From an uncultured bacterium (GTDB lineage Bacteria > Babelota > Babeliae > Babelales > Vermiphilaceae), in the NCBI GenBank assembly GCA_963702025.1, contig OY969699.1, forward strand, positions 1,344,001-1,408,000: a DNA stretch of 64,000 nucleotides. Direction: 5' to 3'. Every line of letters starts with the position of its first letter. The first letter of the stretch is position 1. The notes under the pieces are model-generated. The model had not been told where the DNA came from and did no database searches. It was given only the letters and a program-made list of their open reading frames with translations. Positions 41,601 to 49,591 of the stretch are shown here, one piece after another. The position numbers were made by a program, and so were the translations under genes.

Positions 41601-42393
41601 TATAACGCGCAAGTGCGCATGTCTTGTAACCCAAAGCATATGATGAACCGGCAATAACAATTTTGCCATCAGGTTGTATAGCAATCGCATTCGCCCTATC
41701 ATCTTGGAGTGCTCCCTTGCCTAAGCTCATGCAGAGAGTGCCCGGAATAGAATCAACACCGGATTCATTAAAGCTTGAGTCTAATGATCCATCTTGACTA
41801 TAACGTCCAAGCGCAACAAATACAGAATCGCGTACTGCAACAAATCCTGCTGCTACAATTTTGCCATCGGATTGCAACGCCATCCCATTTATCTGACTTG
41901 CTTTTTCATCTTTATAAAAAGCTGTTATTACTGTACCCGGGATAATCCCTCTATCGCCAAAAAATGATTCATCCAATGAACCATCTACATTGTAACGGGC
42001 AAGGCACCAACGAAACGTATCACGAATAACATTAGTAAAGCCTCCGGCAAGTATTTTGCCATCGGGCTGTATTACTATTGCATGAGCACCGCTTATTTTT
42101 TCTCCGGCACCAAATTTAGTAGTAACTAAACCGCCGTTACCAAATGTTTCATCAAGGGAACCGTCAACATTAAAACGTGCTACCGCAAAACGATTATGAC
42201 CATCAATAGTGCTGTAACCGGCAACAACAGCCTTACCATCGGCTTGAACAGCCATCGCTTTAGCCGTTGAACTTTGGCCCGCAATCACGGTATCGGCAGC
42301 ATGAAATACTTTAGCAAGACTTCCATCACTAATGGCCCATACTGCCTGTGTAACTAATAAAAAACAATAAACAATCTTTCCAAAGCTTTTCAT
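35602..42393 (-). CDS. Giant surface protein: delta-60 beta-propeller plus about 19 Ig-like repeats
   Basis: Signal peptide, seven Q(P/A/S)DGKIxxxG...ARY.xDGxLDxSF blades, one Big-like domain, then ~90-aa repeats (GGxPPYxF...DGSYxFxP...F.G). Confidence 0.88.
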   Translation of the reverse strand: MKSFGKIVYCFLLVTQAVWAISDGSLAKVFHAADTVIAGQSSTAKAMAVQADGKAVVAGYSTIDGHNRFAVARFNVDGSLDETFGNGGLVTTKFGAGEKISGAHAIVIQPDGKILAGGFTNVIRDTFRWCLARYNVDGSLDESFFGDRGIIPGTVITAFYKDEKASQINGMALQSDGKIVAAGFVAVRDSVFVALGRYSQDGSLDSSFNESGVDSIPGTLCMSLGKGALQDDRANAIAIQPDGKIVIAGSSYALGYKTCALARYMPDGKLDNSLYDVAHSRVHGVVLTVFGSGERECGANALVIQPDGKIVVGGYSDSNNFARKSRFALARYDQCGLLDQSFGGNGLATIPGTVITSFGSQENGGHVNALVLQADGKIVAGGSTMLNDKSMFAIARYDDNGALDSSFSDSNDTVVGTVRTKFNNSVEDEIFGMGIHQDGTIIAAGRTLANIRPAFALARYACRGGQLQSPMIICPDDSSRFINGSAILLKGMAQNKAFVHILVDGNYVGGTVSNAINGEWSYTLPALKSGYRQIMAVETYKNGNVNVQSAPIVLHIDQHPQLKNQVWQTVGLDPIYSYLQAQGASGNYRVKVLSCEHGDVIVYADNSFVFKPLIPYGKGKMVVEVTDEVTNCSTISTMEIIIHRRPESDGVHFETGYATTLNADLKNTTIIGEPPFEFNLIGIEGGQIELNKNGSFLFTPADQFKGEARMQYTITDSHKGISDPITATITVHQTPCCAPENLWTLKGKPFEGSLVPLIAQDRSPYHFELAGPVENGDIKINQDGSCLLMPPSNFVGIVKVPMSIVDSQQSKMTGTLEIIVKEEPKVSDLSFTIGQGDIIAGSLRESLSGGIAPYTFEIDQNNKNALILINDDGTFICTPQQDFLGEFSFKYGVKDVHGTKSNSGTCFITVNEKPRASKVVQGVAQGEKLCGSLQKLVSGGNPPYTFKKIDDIENGSLTINSDGSYEFVPHDDFVGETEFKYLVIDAKGTKSVAGRVAVTVNEKPRIISCEQEIAQGNALTGSLTPLVTGGYPPYIFQKVGEPKVGTLTIDPCGTYQFVPGQDFVGDTKFTYEVTDIKKSLSKTGHVSITVNERPRAHNVAFEVCQGQEVSGSLQDLVDGGNPPYIFEKVNDARENPVVILEDGSYYCKPHFDFIGRIKCNYVAIDSKGSISKWGTLFITVNEKPRARNAKLTISQGEQLTGSLKAFIQGGQPPYYFQKVDDSVDGSLTINPDGSYQFIPRADFIGTTQAKYVVVDARKTQSFKATIWITVNEKPQANSIEHEILQGDALMGSLTPFVMGGNPPYIFEKAEEPKEGSLIMSPCGFYQFIPAAHFAGKTKFNYNITDIAKSISKNAQVNVTVHERPQIKNLELNIGKGQQLSGSLQKLAAGGCPPYTFMKVNDSKEYPFIIHEDGSYQCMPDSDFVGTAECSYMVIDAKKSKSMQGSITITVYECPRVKDIKLEVVQGKDLAGSLAMFVTGGNPPYAFEKKGDGKDGFFISADGSYRFSCNPSFVGTITCRYVAIDAKKHKSAEGEICITVNEKPSLINFEQEIAQGQALVGSLTPLVMGGNPPYIFQKTDEPKDGNLIINPCGTYQFVPAQNFAGKTTFNCNVTDIKNSVSKASQVTVVVHEKPRVSSEKVEMMRGQELSGSLVALVDGGHKPYIFEKAGDPENGSLVINPDGTYHFIPNPEFTGKAFCRYAVIDAKKAKSLEGVLEITVHEKLHTIPAQLIVAQGEKLSGSLNKLIQAGQQPFTFQKIGDPENGSLEIKTDGSYEFTPHEDFVGTTEFKYSAVDAKKIMSAEGAVAITVLEKPRLMILEQEISQGNALVGSLTPFVMGGYPPYNFQKVGEPKNGTLTIDPCGSYQFVPADNFVGMAHFDYQVTDMKKLTSKIGEVSVAVIERPCANNVNYEVCQGQEVSGSLQDMVDGGTPPYVFEKVNDARENPVVINEDGSYHCKSSSNFAGRIKCNYVAIDSKGSRSKRGTIFITVNEKPRAHDKEVSISQGEQLTGSLKGLIKGGQPPYTFQKISDCGEGSLTINPDGSYQFSPHKDFVGTTIAKYIAIDARKLKSAEGALVITVHEKPHVMNGEQEISQGQMLVGSLTPSVLGGYPPYSFQKMGEPKDGTLFMNPCGTYQFMPATNFVGKTAFNYNVTDMKKSVSKTGQVQVTVHGRPQVSDTQLKVPKGSEVIGSLLEMITGGNPPYTFEKVGNSVNGSKISISQDGIYHFGPDMQFVGEAAINYVAIDAKKAQSLPGKLSISVDVK

Positions 42394-42417
42394 GCTATTT
42401 CCCCTTGATTTTTATAA

Positions 42418-43287
42418 CTATCGTAAAATTTCAGACTTAGGATATTCAACAAACGTAACCATAACCTCTGCGCTGGATGTATTACCGAGGGCATCTTGTA
42501 TGGTATACATAAAATTATCTTCACCAATAAAATCCTGCGTCTGCATATAGGTTATAGAATTATCATCATTAATCTTCACCGAGCCACGAGCAGGCTGGGA
42601 GACCTCTACTATTTCTACCGGCAAATCAGATATGTCATTGCATATTACCGGGATAGTTAGAGGAAGCCCTTGAATGCCAACTGCATGATCCGGATTCGCT
42701 CTCAGTAGATTAGGAGAAGCCTGCGTTTCCATTGCAAAAAAGGAAGGAGGGTTGGTGGCAATAAATGTTGTATATTTTTTTGTTCCTTCTTTGGTTGCCC
42801 TAAAAGTAATCGCTAATTTTTGAATAGAATTGGCAGGTAACCCTTTTTTAAAACTCCACTTGGTTTTACCACCTTTGCGTAATATCGATGATGCTTTTAG
42901 ATCATATTCGCCGGTTGTCGGCGCCGTAGAACTAATATATTCAACACCATTGCCACCATCTTGAGAAGGATCAGGAATTAGATCTGCCCAAAATGGAATA
43001 TTGCTTGCCCGCATCGATTGTACCGTAAAATAGATAGTAAATTCTTGGCCCAGAACTACCTGACTGGGCGCCGTAATACCAAATGTCACAGTATTGTACG
43101 GATATGCCGGAGTAAAAACAGAGAGACCATCTTGCACCTGGGCATCTTGTGATTGGACAACATCAAACTCATGGACAATCTCAATTTTATTGTTTTGTTC
43201 ATTATAAATAACATTTATGCCTACGGCATAAAATTGCATAAGAAACAGCGAAACCACTAGTGTTTTGAAAGCATTATTTATCATCAT
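42418..43287 (-). CDS. DUF11-like head plus Big_9/cadherin-like domain protein
   Basis: APSQVVLGQEFTI head; ANPD...IPVICND...ITY...FIGEDNFMYTIQD C-terminal domain. Start placed at 43287. Confidence 0.75.
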   Translation of the reverse strand: MMINNAFKTLVVSLFLMQFYAVGINVIYNEQNNKIEIVHEFDVVQSQDAQVQDGLSVFTPAYPYNTVTFGITAPSQVVLGQEFTIYFTVQSMRASNIPFWADLIPDPSQDGGNGVEYISSTAPTTGEYDLKASSILRKGGKTKWSFKKGLPANSIQKLAITFRATKEGTKKYTTFIATNPPSFFAMETQASPNLLRANPDHAVGIQGLPLTIPVICNDISDLPVEIVEVSQPARGSVKINDDNSITYMQTQDFIGEDNFMYTIQDALGNTSSAEVMVTFVEYPKSEILR

Positions 43288-43483
43288 TTTTTTGCCCTTT
43301 TGAAAATAAATGTGAGGATTAAAAAATCTATACCTTACATCGTCACACTTAGTCAATACCAGACTTAAATATTCCATTTTTTTATACTATGCGGGGTTCT
43401 ACGAAGTCAAGAAACAAAACATCTTTACAAGTTCCTCCGAAAAATACTACCTTTCAAAAGTGACAAAATTAGAAGGAGAAACA

Positions 43484-44281
43484 ATGATTCATGTAATGGA
43501 TTTTTTAGAAATCATATTCTTTAGCGGCATTATCTATCTTTTTTCTGTATGGTTGAGCACGGATAAAAAAAAGAATCTGCTCGTCTATTTTTATTGTTAT
43601 TGCGCCTGTATATTTACCAGCTATTTCTTAAACGCTGTAACTATCTCGACTTTCTTAATATATATAAGTCCCGTTGCCTTAATCCTCTTTATAATTTTTC
43701 ATCAAGATGTTTTGCAAAGAAACTTCATTACACTGCACACCGAACAGCCGATCGATTATGATATCTTTGTTGATTGGCTAGAAAATCTCATTCGAACGGC
43801 ATTGTATGCGATCAATAATAATAAACAATTGATCTGTGTTATTGAAAATGAGTCCGATCTCGCATCCTATCTACAAACATCTTTTTTAATACAAAGTCCT
43901 CTTGCTCAAAATATCATGTGCCTGGTAATTGACAGCGCGAGTTTTGATCAAGAAAAATTATTTTGGTGCAACCGCAAGGGAAAATTGGTAGCCATCAATG
44001 CCTCGTGGAATATTCCCCGAAACGTAGAAACTCCTCATAACAATATGCCGTTGTGGCAACAGGATGCGTTACTCATGACTCTTAAGACAGATACTATTGT
44101 TTTTAAAGCAGATCCGCGCACGCGTAATTTTGATTGTGTAATCAAGGGAATTTTATACCAAAATGTGACCGCCCATAATCTCATACCGCTCATAAAAAAG
44201 AATATGCATCATATTCGTAAAGGAGACATAATTCATGAAAACGTTAATCAAAAAAAGTATTTTGAACAACAAAACTATTAA
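43484..44281 (+). CDS. CdaA/DacA-like membrane protein with degenerate diadenylate-cyclase domain
   Basis: Three TM helices, IIFHQDVLQR (cf. IIFQPELRR), LICVIE..DL..Y and TDTIV; the DGA and RHR motifs are absent. Confidence 0.65.
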   Translation: MIHVMDFLEIIFFSGIIYLFSVWLSTDKKKNLLVYFYCYCACIFTSYFLNAVTISTFLIYISPVALILFIIFHQDVLQRNFITLHTEQPIDYDIFVDWLENLIRTALYAINNNKQLICVIENESDLASYLQTSFLIQSPLAQNIMCLVIDSASFDQEKLFWCNRKGKLVAINASWNIPRNVETPHNNMPLWQQDALLMTLKTDTIVFKADPRTRNFDCVIKGILYQNVTAHNLIPLIKKNMHHIRKGDIIHENVNQKKYFEQQNY

Positions 44282-44624
44282 AGTATGCTCATTAATACTC
44301 GGCTACTGTATGTGGTCATTTCTTGCAAAACACGCGAATGTTGCCCAGTGGAAAGAGGTTCCCGTTTGTTTTTATAATGCGAATGACTCATTCACTGTAA
44401 CAAGCAGTATCTCTAAAGTTAAAGTTCATCTTTATGGAAAAAGAGAAGATCTAAACCTCTGCAATGATATAGCTTTTCATATTAACGTACACTCATTAGC
44501 CGAGGGACAAAGCCTTCTCACGCCAACCAGTGACCAATTATTTTTACCTACCACCGTAAAACTGGTAAACTATAAGCCCTTAACAATTCTGGTGATCAAA
44601 GAGAAAAATAGAATACTATCGTAA
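44235..44624 (+). CDS. CdaR/YbbR-like protein (single domain)
   Basis: KVCSLILGYCMW anchor (cf. KxxSLxxAxxLW), VKVHLYG strand, position directly after the cdaA-like gene. Confidence 0.6.
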   Translation: MKTLIKKSILNNKTIKVCSLILGYCMWSFLAKHANVAQWKEVPVCFYNANDSFTVTSSISKVKVHLYGKREDLNLCNDIAFHINVHSLAEGQSLLTPTSDQLFLPTTVKLVNYKPLTILVIKEKNRILS

Positions 44625-44635
44625 ATTGAGAATGT

Positions 44636-45274
44636 ATGAAATCGATAACAAAAAAAATTAAGAATGCTATATATAAATTATGGTCGATATTTCTTAAGGG
44701 GCTCTTGGCATTATTACCAATAACCATAACTGTCGCATTATTAAATTTTTCTTTTAAGCTTTTAAAAAAGTGGTTGCACCCTATTTACCAACTTGAGCCT
44801 GAATTTTTAAAAGCAATCCCTTTTTCGGAATTTCTGCTGACTTTTTTTGTTATCTGCATTATCGGTATAATCCTCAACTTTTTTATTCTCCGTTCTTTAT
44901 GGCATTTTTTTGAGTTATTGATTGGCAAAATACCGCTCGTGCATCCGGTTTATAAAGCAGTCAAACAACTGGTGCAAGCATTTAATCCGCACAATGATCA
45001 GAGCTTTAAGCATGTAGTATTAATAGAATTTCCTCGCAAAGATATTTACAGCATTGGCTTTATGACTAGTGAAGTGCCCGCTCAGTTATCACCCAATAAG
45101 AACCATACGTATTATAACATATTTTTACCAACCACACCCAATCCCACGGCAGGATTTTTCTTAATGGTAGACAAAAATAATGTCCAGATTACCAATCTTT
45201 CTCGCCAGGAAGCGATGGCATTGATTATGTCCGGCGGCATTATTCTACCCGATCATCTATCAGAAAAAAAATAG
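44636..45274 (+). CDS. DUF502 family membrane protein
   Basis: FLKGLLALLPITIT, KIPLV..VY, VVLIEFPR, FLPTTPNPTAGF, IMSGG. Confidence 0.9.
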   Translation: MKSITKKIKNAIYKLWSIFLKGLLALLPITITVALLNFSFKLLKKWLHPIYQLEPEFLKAIPFSEFLLTFFVICIIGIILNFFILRSLWHFFELLIGKIPLVHPVYKAVKQLVQAFNPHNDQSFKHVVLIEFPRKDIYSIGFMTSEVPAQLSPNKNHTYYNIFLPTTPNPTAGFFLMVDKNNVQITNLSRQEAMALIMSGGIILPDHLSEKK

Positions 45275-45280
45275 ACTATC

Positions 45281-46270
45281 CTATTTTGACAATGCAAATT
45301 CATTTGAAAAAAATTTTGAATAAAAAAGATCAAGACTATACGTTATTTCCACACTACTTTTAGAAATAAGATCAAGTTCATATATATATTGATGAGCGTT
45401 TTTAAACTCAGTCAATGAACTTCTTTTCCAATCTTTTTGTAAAAAAGTAAACGGTAACCGGAAACTCATGCTTTTTGCTGCAGCAAAATTTTTTTGATTA
45501 AGATAAAACCATACAAAATAAGCGCGCCACAGTTGCTCACTCCAAAAAACCGACCAAAACGTAAGGGGATATTCCAATTGATACTGTTGCCACGCCTTGA
45601 AAAATGCACGCGAATCCTTGGCAAAAAAATGTTGACTTATAGCAAACAAGGATGTCTCGGGAACAATAATTTTCTCCAAAAAAGAAATTGTTTGCTCATT
45701 ACAGCCAGCTACTTTCATATATTCCGTAATCATACAGACAGCATCAACCGACATTTTTTTATATCGCTGACCTAGTTGTTTAAAAAGCAATACCGATTGA
45801 TTACTATTTTTTTTCTTGTCGAGAGTAAACAATTGTTCAAAAAGCTTTACATCAACTTCTTCAGGAATATTAATTATTTCTTCCTGCAGTAGATTTTTTT
45901 TATCTTGCTCGGACACAAATAAAATTACCCTATGTGGGCCTTGGTATTTAGTAAGGTAGTGCAAAAAACGATCGCGAATTTTTTTATCAACTTGATCAAA
46001 CCCTCTGAACCAGTAAATTAAGCCGCTTCCTAAAAAACTCATTTCAAGCTGTGATATAACTTCATCGAGCGGAATTGCTTCTATATTACCTGTTTGAATT
46101 TGACAACCATCGGATTGCAAGCGAGAAAAAAACCGCGATGCAAAAAGAATCGGCATTTCTTGTGTATAGGAGAAAATAAAATGTTTTTTTACACCATTCT
46201 CATGCGCTTTGAGAGTATAGTGATCAAGAAATTCATGTAGTTGCATTAACTCGTTAACCCACGTTAACAA
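45281..46270 (-). CDS. Divergent DNA polymerase III delta (HolA)-like protein
   Basis: About 320 aa; MSFLGS, 'LFAISQHFF' and C-terminal 'ELDLISKS' fit the HolA layout; weak. Confidence 0.55.
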   Translation of the reverse strand: MLTWVNELMQLHEFLDHYTLKAHENGVKKHFIFSYTQEMPILFASRFFSRLQSDGCQIQTGNIEAIPLDEVISQLEMSFLGSGLIYWFRGFDQVDKKIRDRFLHYLTKYQGPHRVILFVSEQDKKNLLQEEIINIPEEVDVKLFEQLFTLDKKKNSNQSVLLFKQLGQRYKKMSVDAVCMITEYMKVAGCNEQTISFLEKIIVPETSLFAISQHFFAKDSRAFFKAWQQYQLEYPLTFWSVFWSEQLWRAYFVWFYLNQKNFAAAKSMSFRLPFTFLQKDWKRSSLTEFKNAHQYIYELDLISKSSVEITYSLDLFYSKFFSNEFALSK

Positions 46271-47075
46271 AACGATTTTTAAGAGAAAATAATGAAGAAC
46301 GATCAGTTTTCATGGTAACAGGATTCTGGTTTTTTTGCACGCAATCTCTGGATGCAAAAGAGAGATCAATGATAGAAAAAAGTTTATTGCTTCCCTGAAT
46401 TGCCAATTCTTTCAGCTGCTCGAATTCGGACCACGACAAGGGGTTTTTTTCAGCCGTTCCTTGAATTTCAATAACAGCATTAGACTTTGTTAAAACAAAA
46501 TTATAATCCGCATCAATAGCATTGTCTTCATTAAAATCAAGATCAATAAAGGGCTTATTGTCTTTGATGCCCACCGAAACAGCAACAATTGTGTCGGTTA
46601 AAATGCTCGTGGAAAGTTGCCCAGATGCAAGCCACGTTTCAACCGCCATTTGCAAAGCAATGCAAGAACCGGTGATAGCTGCCGTGCGTGTGCTGCCATC
46701 AGCTTGTAAAACATCACAATCAACATTAATAGTACGCTCATTAAGAGTGGAAAGATCAACGATTGCCCGTAATGACCTGCCTATTAAACGTGAAATCTCT
46801 ATAGAACGTTCATTTCTTTTTGCTTGACTGCTTTCGCGTACCGAACGAGCAATACCTGAATTGGGCAACATGGCATAATCAGCAGTAAGCCATCCGGTCT
46901 TTGTTCCTTTTAAGAATGGTGGAACCCCCGGTGTCATACTTACTGAGCAAAGAACCTTGGTATTGCCCAGTTCAAATAATACTGAACCGGGCGCATAACC
47001 AAAAGAATTGTAGCTAATTTTAATCTCACGCAATTGATCAAAAGATCTTCCTGCATTTCTGCTAAAGTGATCCAT
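46254..47075 (-). CDS. rph: Ribonuclease PH
   Basis: GNTKVLC, GWLTADYAMLP, EISRLIGRSLR, DCDVLQADGSTRTAAITG, IEIQGTAE. Confidence 0.95.
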   Translation of the reverse strand: MDHFSRNAGRSFDQLREIKISYNSFGYAPGSVLFELGNTKVLCSVSMTPGVPPFLKGTKTGWLTADYAMLPNSGIARSVRESSQAKRNERSIEISRLIGRSLRAIVDLSTLNERTINVDCDVLQADGSTRTAAITGSCIALQMAVETWLASGQLSTSILTDTIVAVSVGIKDNKPFIDLDFNEDNAIDADYNFVLTKSNAVIEIQGTAEKNPLSWSEFEQLKELAIQGSNKLFSIIDLSFASRDCVQKNQNPVTMKTDRSSLFSLKNRFVNVG

Positions 47076-47082
47076 GAGACTG

Positions 47083-49164
47083 TTACTTTTCAATCAAACG
47101 TAAACGAACGCGACCAGTGCTTTCATCATATTCAAGCACTTCAACGGTAACAACATCATCCACTTTATAGTCACGCAAGAATGTTCGTTGCTTATCGCGC
47201 GGAATATTAGAGACGTGCACTAATCCGTCAAGACCAGGAACAAGTTCAACAAAAAGACCAAATTCAGCAAGCCGTTTTATTTTACCGGTATATCGAGTGC
47301 CCGGTTCAATTTGACCGCCGAGAGTTTTAACCCAATTAATCGCCATTTCCATATCAGCACCCGGCGCACCAAAAATTTTAACCAAACCGGTCTCATCAAT
47401 ATCAATGCTCGTATTGGTCTTGGCAATAATTTCACGAATCACTTTGCCACCGGTGCCAATAATAGCACCAATTTTATCAGAATTAACTTTGACGGTTACC
47501 AATTTAGGTACCAACGGTGATAACTCAGGAGCCGGCTCACGCATTACTTTTTGCATTTCACCTAAAATATGGAGGCGGCCACTTTTTGCTTGTGCAAGAG
47601 CTGCATCAAAAACATTTCGTTCGAGCCCACCTTTATACTTAATATCCATCTGGATAGCAGTAATACCATTTTGGGTTCCGGCAACTTTGAAATCCATTAA
47701 ACCGAATTCATCCTCAAATCCTGAAATATCAGAAAGAACGGTAAATTTGCCTTGTAAGCTTTTTAAAAGGCCCATTGCAATGCCGCTCACCATTTTCTTA
47801 ATGGGAACGCCAGCTTGCATAAGCGCCATCGTTGAACCACACACGGTTGCCATTGAGGTTGAGCCGTCAGATTCAAGAATATCCGCAACGATACGAATGG
47901 TATATGGAAAATCTTTATTGGCAGGCAATACTTTTCTAATTGCCGATGCTGCTAAATGACCATGACCAACTTCACGTCTTCCCGGACCGCGCATTGGGCG
48001 AACTTCGCCAACAGAAAACGGTGGAAAGTTATAATGCAACATAAATGAACCATCAGCTTCATGATCCATAATACCTTCAATTTTTTGTTCATCATCACCG
48101 CCACCAAGCGTTGCCGTTACCAGCGCTTGGGTTCTTCCGCGCGTAAAAAGAGCAGAACCGTGGGTGAATGGAAGTAATCCTACTTCTGTTGAGATATGAC
48201 GAACTTGATCAAACGCACGGTCATCAATACGTTTGCCACGTGAAAAAATAAGTTCGGTTAATTTCACTTGCAGTACTTTATCAAGAATATAATCAATCAC
48301 TCTTGCTGTTTCAGTTGATTCAGCTATCTGTTCTTTATAAAGCTGATTAAATGCCTCTTGAATCTTATCAAGCTGCTCGTTACGCTGAACTTTATCCGGA
48401 ACATTAACCGTTTTAACTAAATCTTCCGTTAAGAAAGAATCTACGCGGTCTTTCCAGATTTTCCAGCCATATTTATCTGCAATCTCTTCTTTGGCCGCGC
48501 CAACTTCGCGCTGTATTTCTTTCTGCCATGCAACCAATTTTTTAATGTAATCATGTGCCATAAAAAGCACATCAATAAGCTCTTGCTCACCAATCTCAGC
48601 CGTCGATCCTTCAACCATGCAAATACCTTCATCGGTACCAGCAACTACCACTCGGGAATCAGCTTTTATTGCATCGGAGAATAAGGGATTGGCTACCCAT
48701 TTGCCATCCAAACGAATCATTTCTACCGCACCAATAGGACCCATAAAAGGAATTTTGGAGAGCGTAAGTGCAATAGAGCTTGCTATGATACTAATTACGT
48801 TCGGCGCATGTTCTTTATCAACAGAAAATACTGTTGCAATAATTTGTAATTGCTCAAAATATTCAGCAGGAAATAAAGGTCGTATACCACGATCTATTAA
48901 ACGGCTGGTAAGCACTTCCTTATCAGTAGACTTACCTTCTCTCTTAAAATAACCACCAGGAATTTTACCCGCAGCCGAAAACTGCTCGCGGTAGTCTACC
49001 GTTAATGGTAAAAATCCAGGAAAATCTTTAGATGGCGATGAAACTGCCGTGGCAAGAACAACGGTCCCACCGTGCGTAAACCACGCAGCGCCATCGGCTT
49101 GACGCGCGAATTTACCTATTTCTACTTCATAACCGAATTCCGGAAAACTAAATTTTTTTACCAT
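47083..49164 (-). CDS. pnp: Polyribonucleotide nucleotidyltransferase
   Basis: FLPLTVDYRE, RLIDR..RPLF, HGSALFTRG, DFKVAGT, KH and S1 domains. Confidence 0.98.
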   Translation of the reverse strand: MVKKFSFPEFGYEVEIGKFARQADGAAWFTHGGTVVLATAVSSPSKDFPGFLPLTVDYREQFSAAGKIPGGYFKREGKSTDKEVLTSRLIDRGIRPLFPAEYFEQLQIIATVFSVDKEHAPNVISIIASSIALTLSKIPFMGPIGAVEMIRLDGKWVANPLFSDAIKADSRVVVAGTDEGICMVEGSTAEIGEQELIDVLFMAHDYIKKLVAWQKEIQREVGAAKEEIADKYGWKIWKDRVDSFLTEDLVKTVNVPDKVQRNEQLDKIQEAFNQLYKEQIAESTETARVIDYILDKVLQVKLTELIFSRGKRIDDRAFDQVRHISTEVGLLPFTHGSALFTRGRTQALVTATLGGGDDEQKIEGIMDHEADGSFMLHYNFPPFSVGEVRPMRGPGRREVGHGHLAASAIRKVLPANKDFPYTIRIVADILESDGSTSMATVCGSTMALMQAGVPIKKMVSGIAMGLLKSLQGKFTVLSDISGFEDEFGLMDFKVAGTQNGITAIQMDIKYKGGLERNVFDAALAQAKSGRLHILGEMQKVMREPAPELSPLVPKLVTVKVNSDKIGAIIGTGGKVIREIIAKTNTSIDIDETGLVKIFGAPGADMEMAINWVKTLGGQIEPGTRYTGKIKRLAEFGLFVELVPGLDGLVHVSNIPRDKQRTFLRDYKVDDVVTVEVLEYDESTGRVRLRLIEK

Positions 49165-49202
49165 TATTATCAACCTACGAATATATTATATGTACGGTAA
49201 AC

Positions 49203-49472
49203 CTACTTACGCAGTCCCAATCGGCTTACGATCTCTTTATACTGGGTAGCATCTTCTTTGTGTAAATATGCCAAGAATTTTCTTCTTTTGGCAACTGCTT
49301 GTAAAAGGCCTCTTTTTGAGGACACATCTTTAGGGTTTTTTTCCAAATGTTCTGCAATCTGTTTGATTCGTTCAGTTAAAAGAGCAATCTGGACAGATGT
49401 TGATCCGGTATCATTTCCTGCAATACCAAAATCTTTGATGATTTTTTCTTTGTTACTTTTAACAAGTGACAT
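49203..49472 (-). CDS. rpsO: 30S ribosomal protein S15
   Basis: NDTGS..VQIALLT.RI..HL, RGLL..V.KRR..L.YL. Confidence 0.97.
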   Translation of the reverse strand: MSLVKSNKEKIIKDFGIAGNDTGSTSVQIALLTERIKQIAEHLEKNPKDVSSKRGLLQAVAKRRKFLAYLHKEDATQYKEIVSRLGLRK

Positions 49473-49516
49473 ATTTTATAAAACCTCATGGGTTATGTGT
49501 TTGTATCATTTCTATA

Positions 49517-49591
49517 TGGTAGGCGCGAGCGGGATTGAACCGCTGGCCCTTGCTACGTCAAAGCAATGCTCTACCACTGAGCTACGCGCCT
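49517..49591 (-). tRNA. tRNA-Val(GAC)
   Basis: AGGCGCG/CGCGCCT acceptor stem, TTGCT-TTGACGT-AGCAA anticodon arm, GGTTCAATCC T-loop, encoded CCA. Confidence 0.93.
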
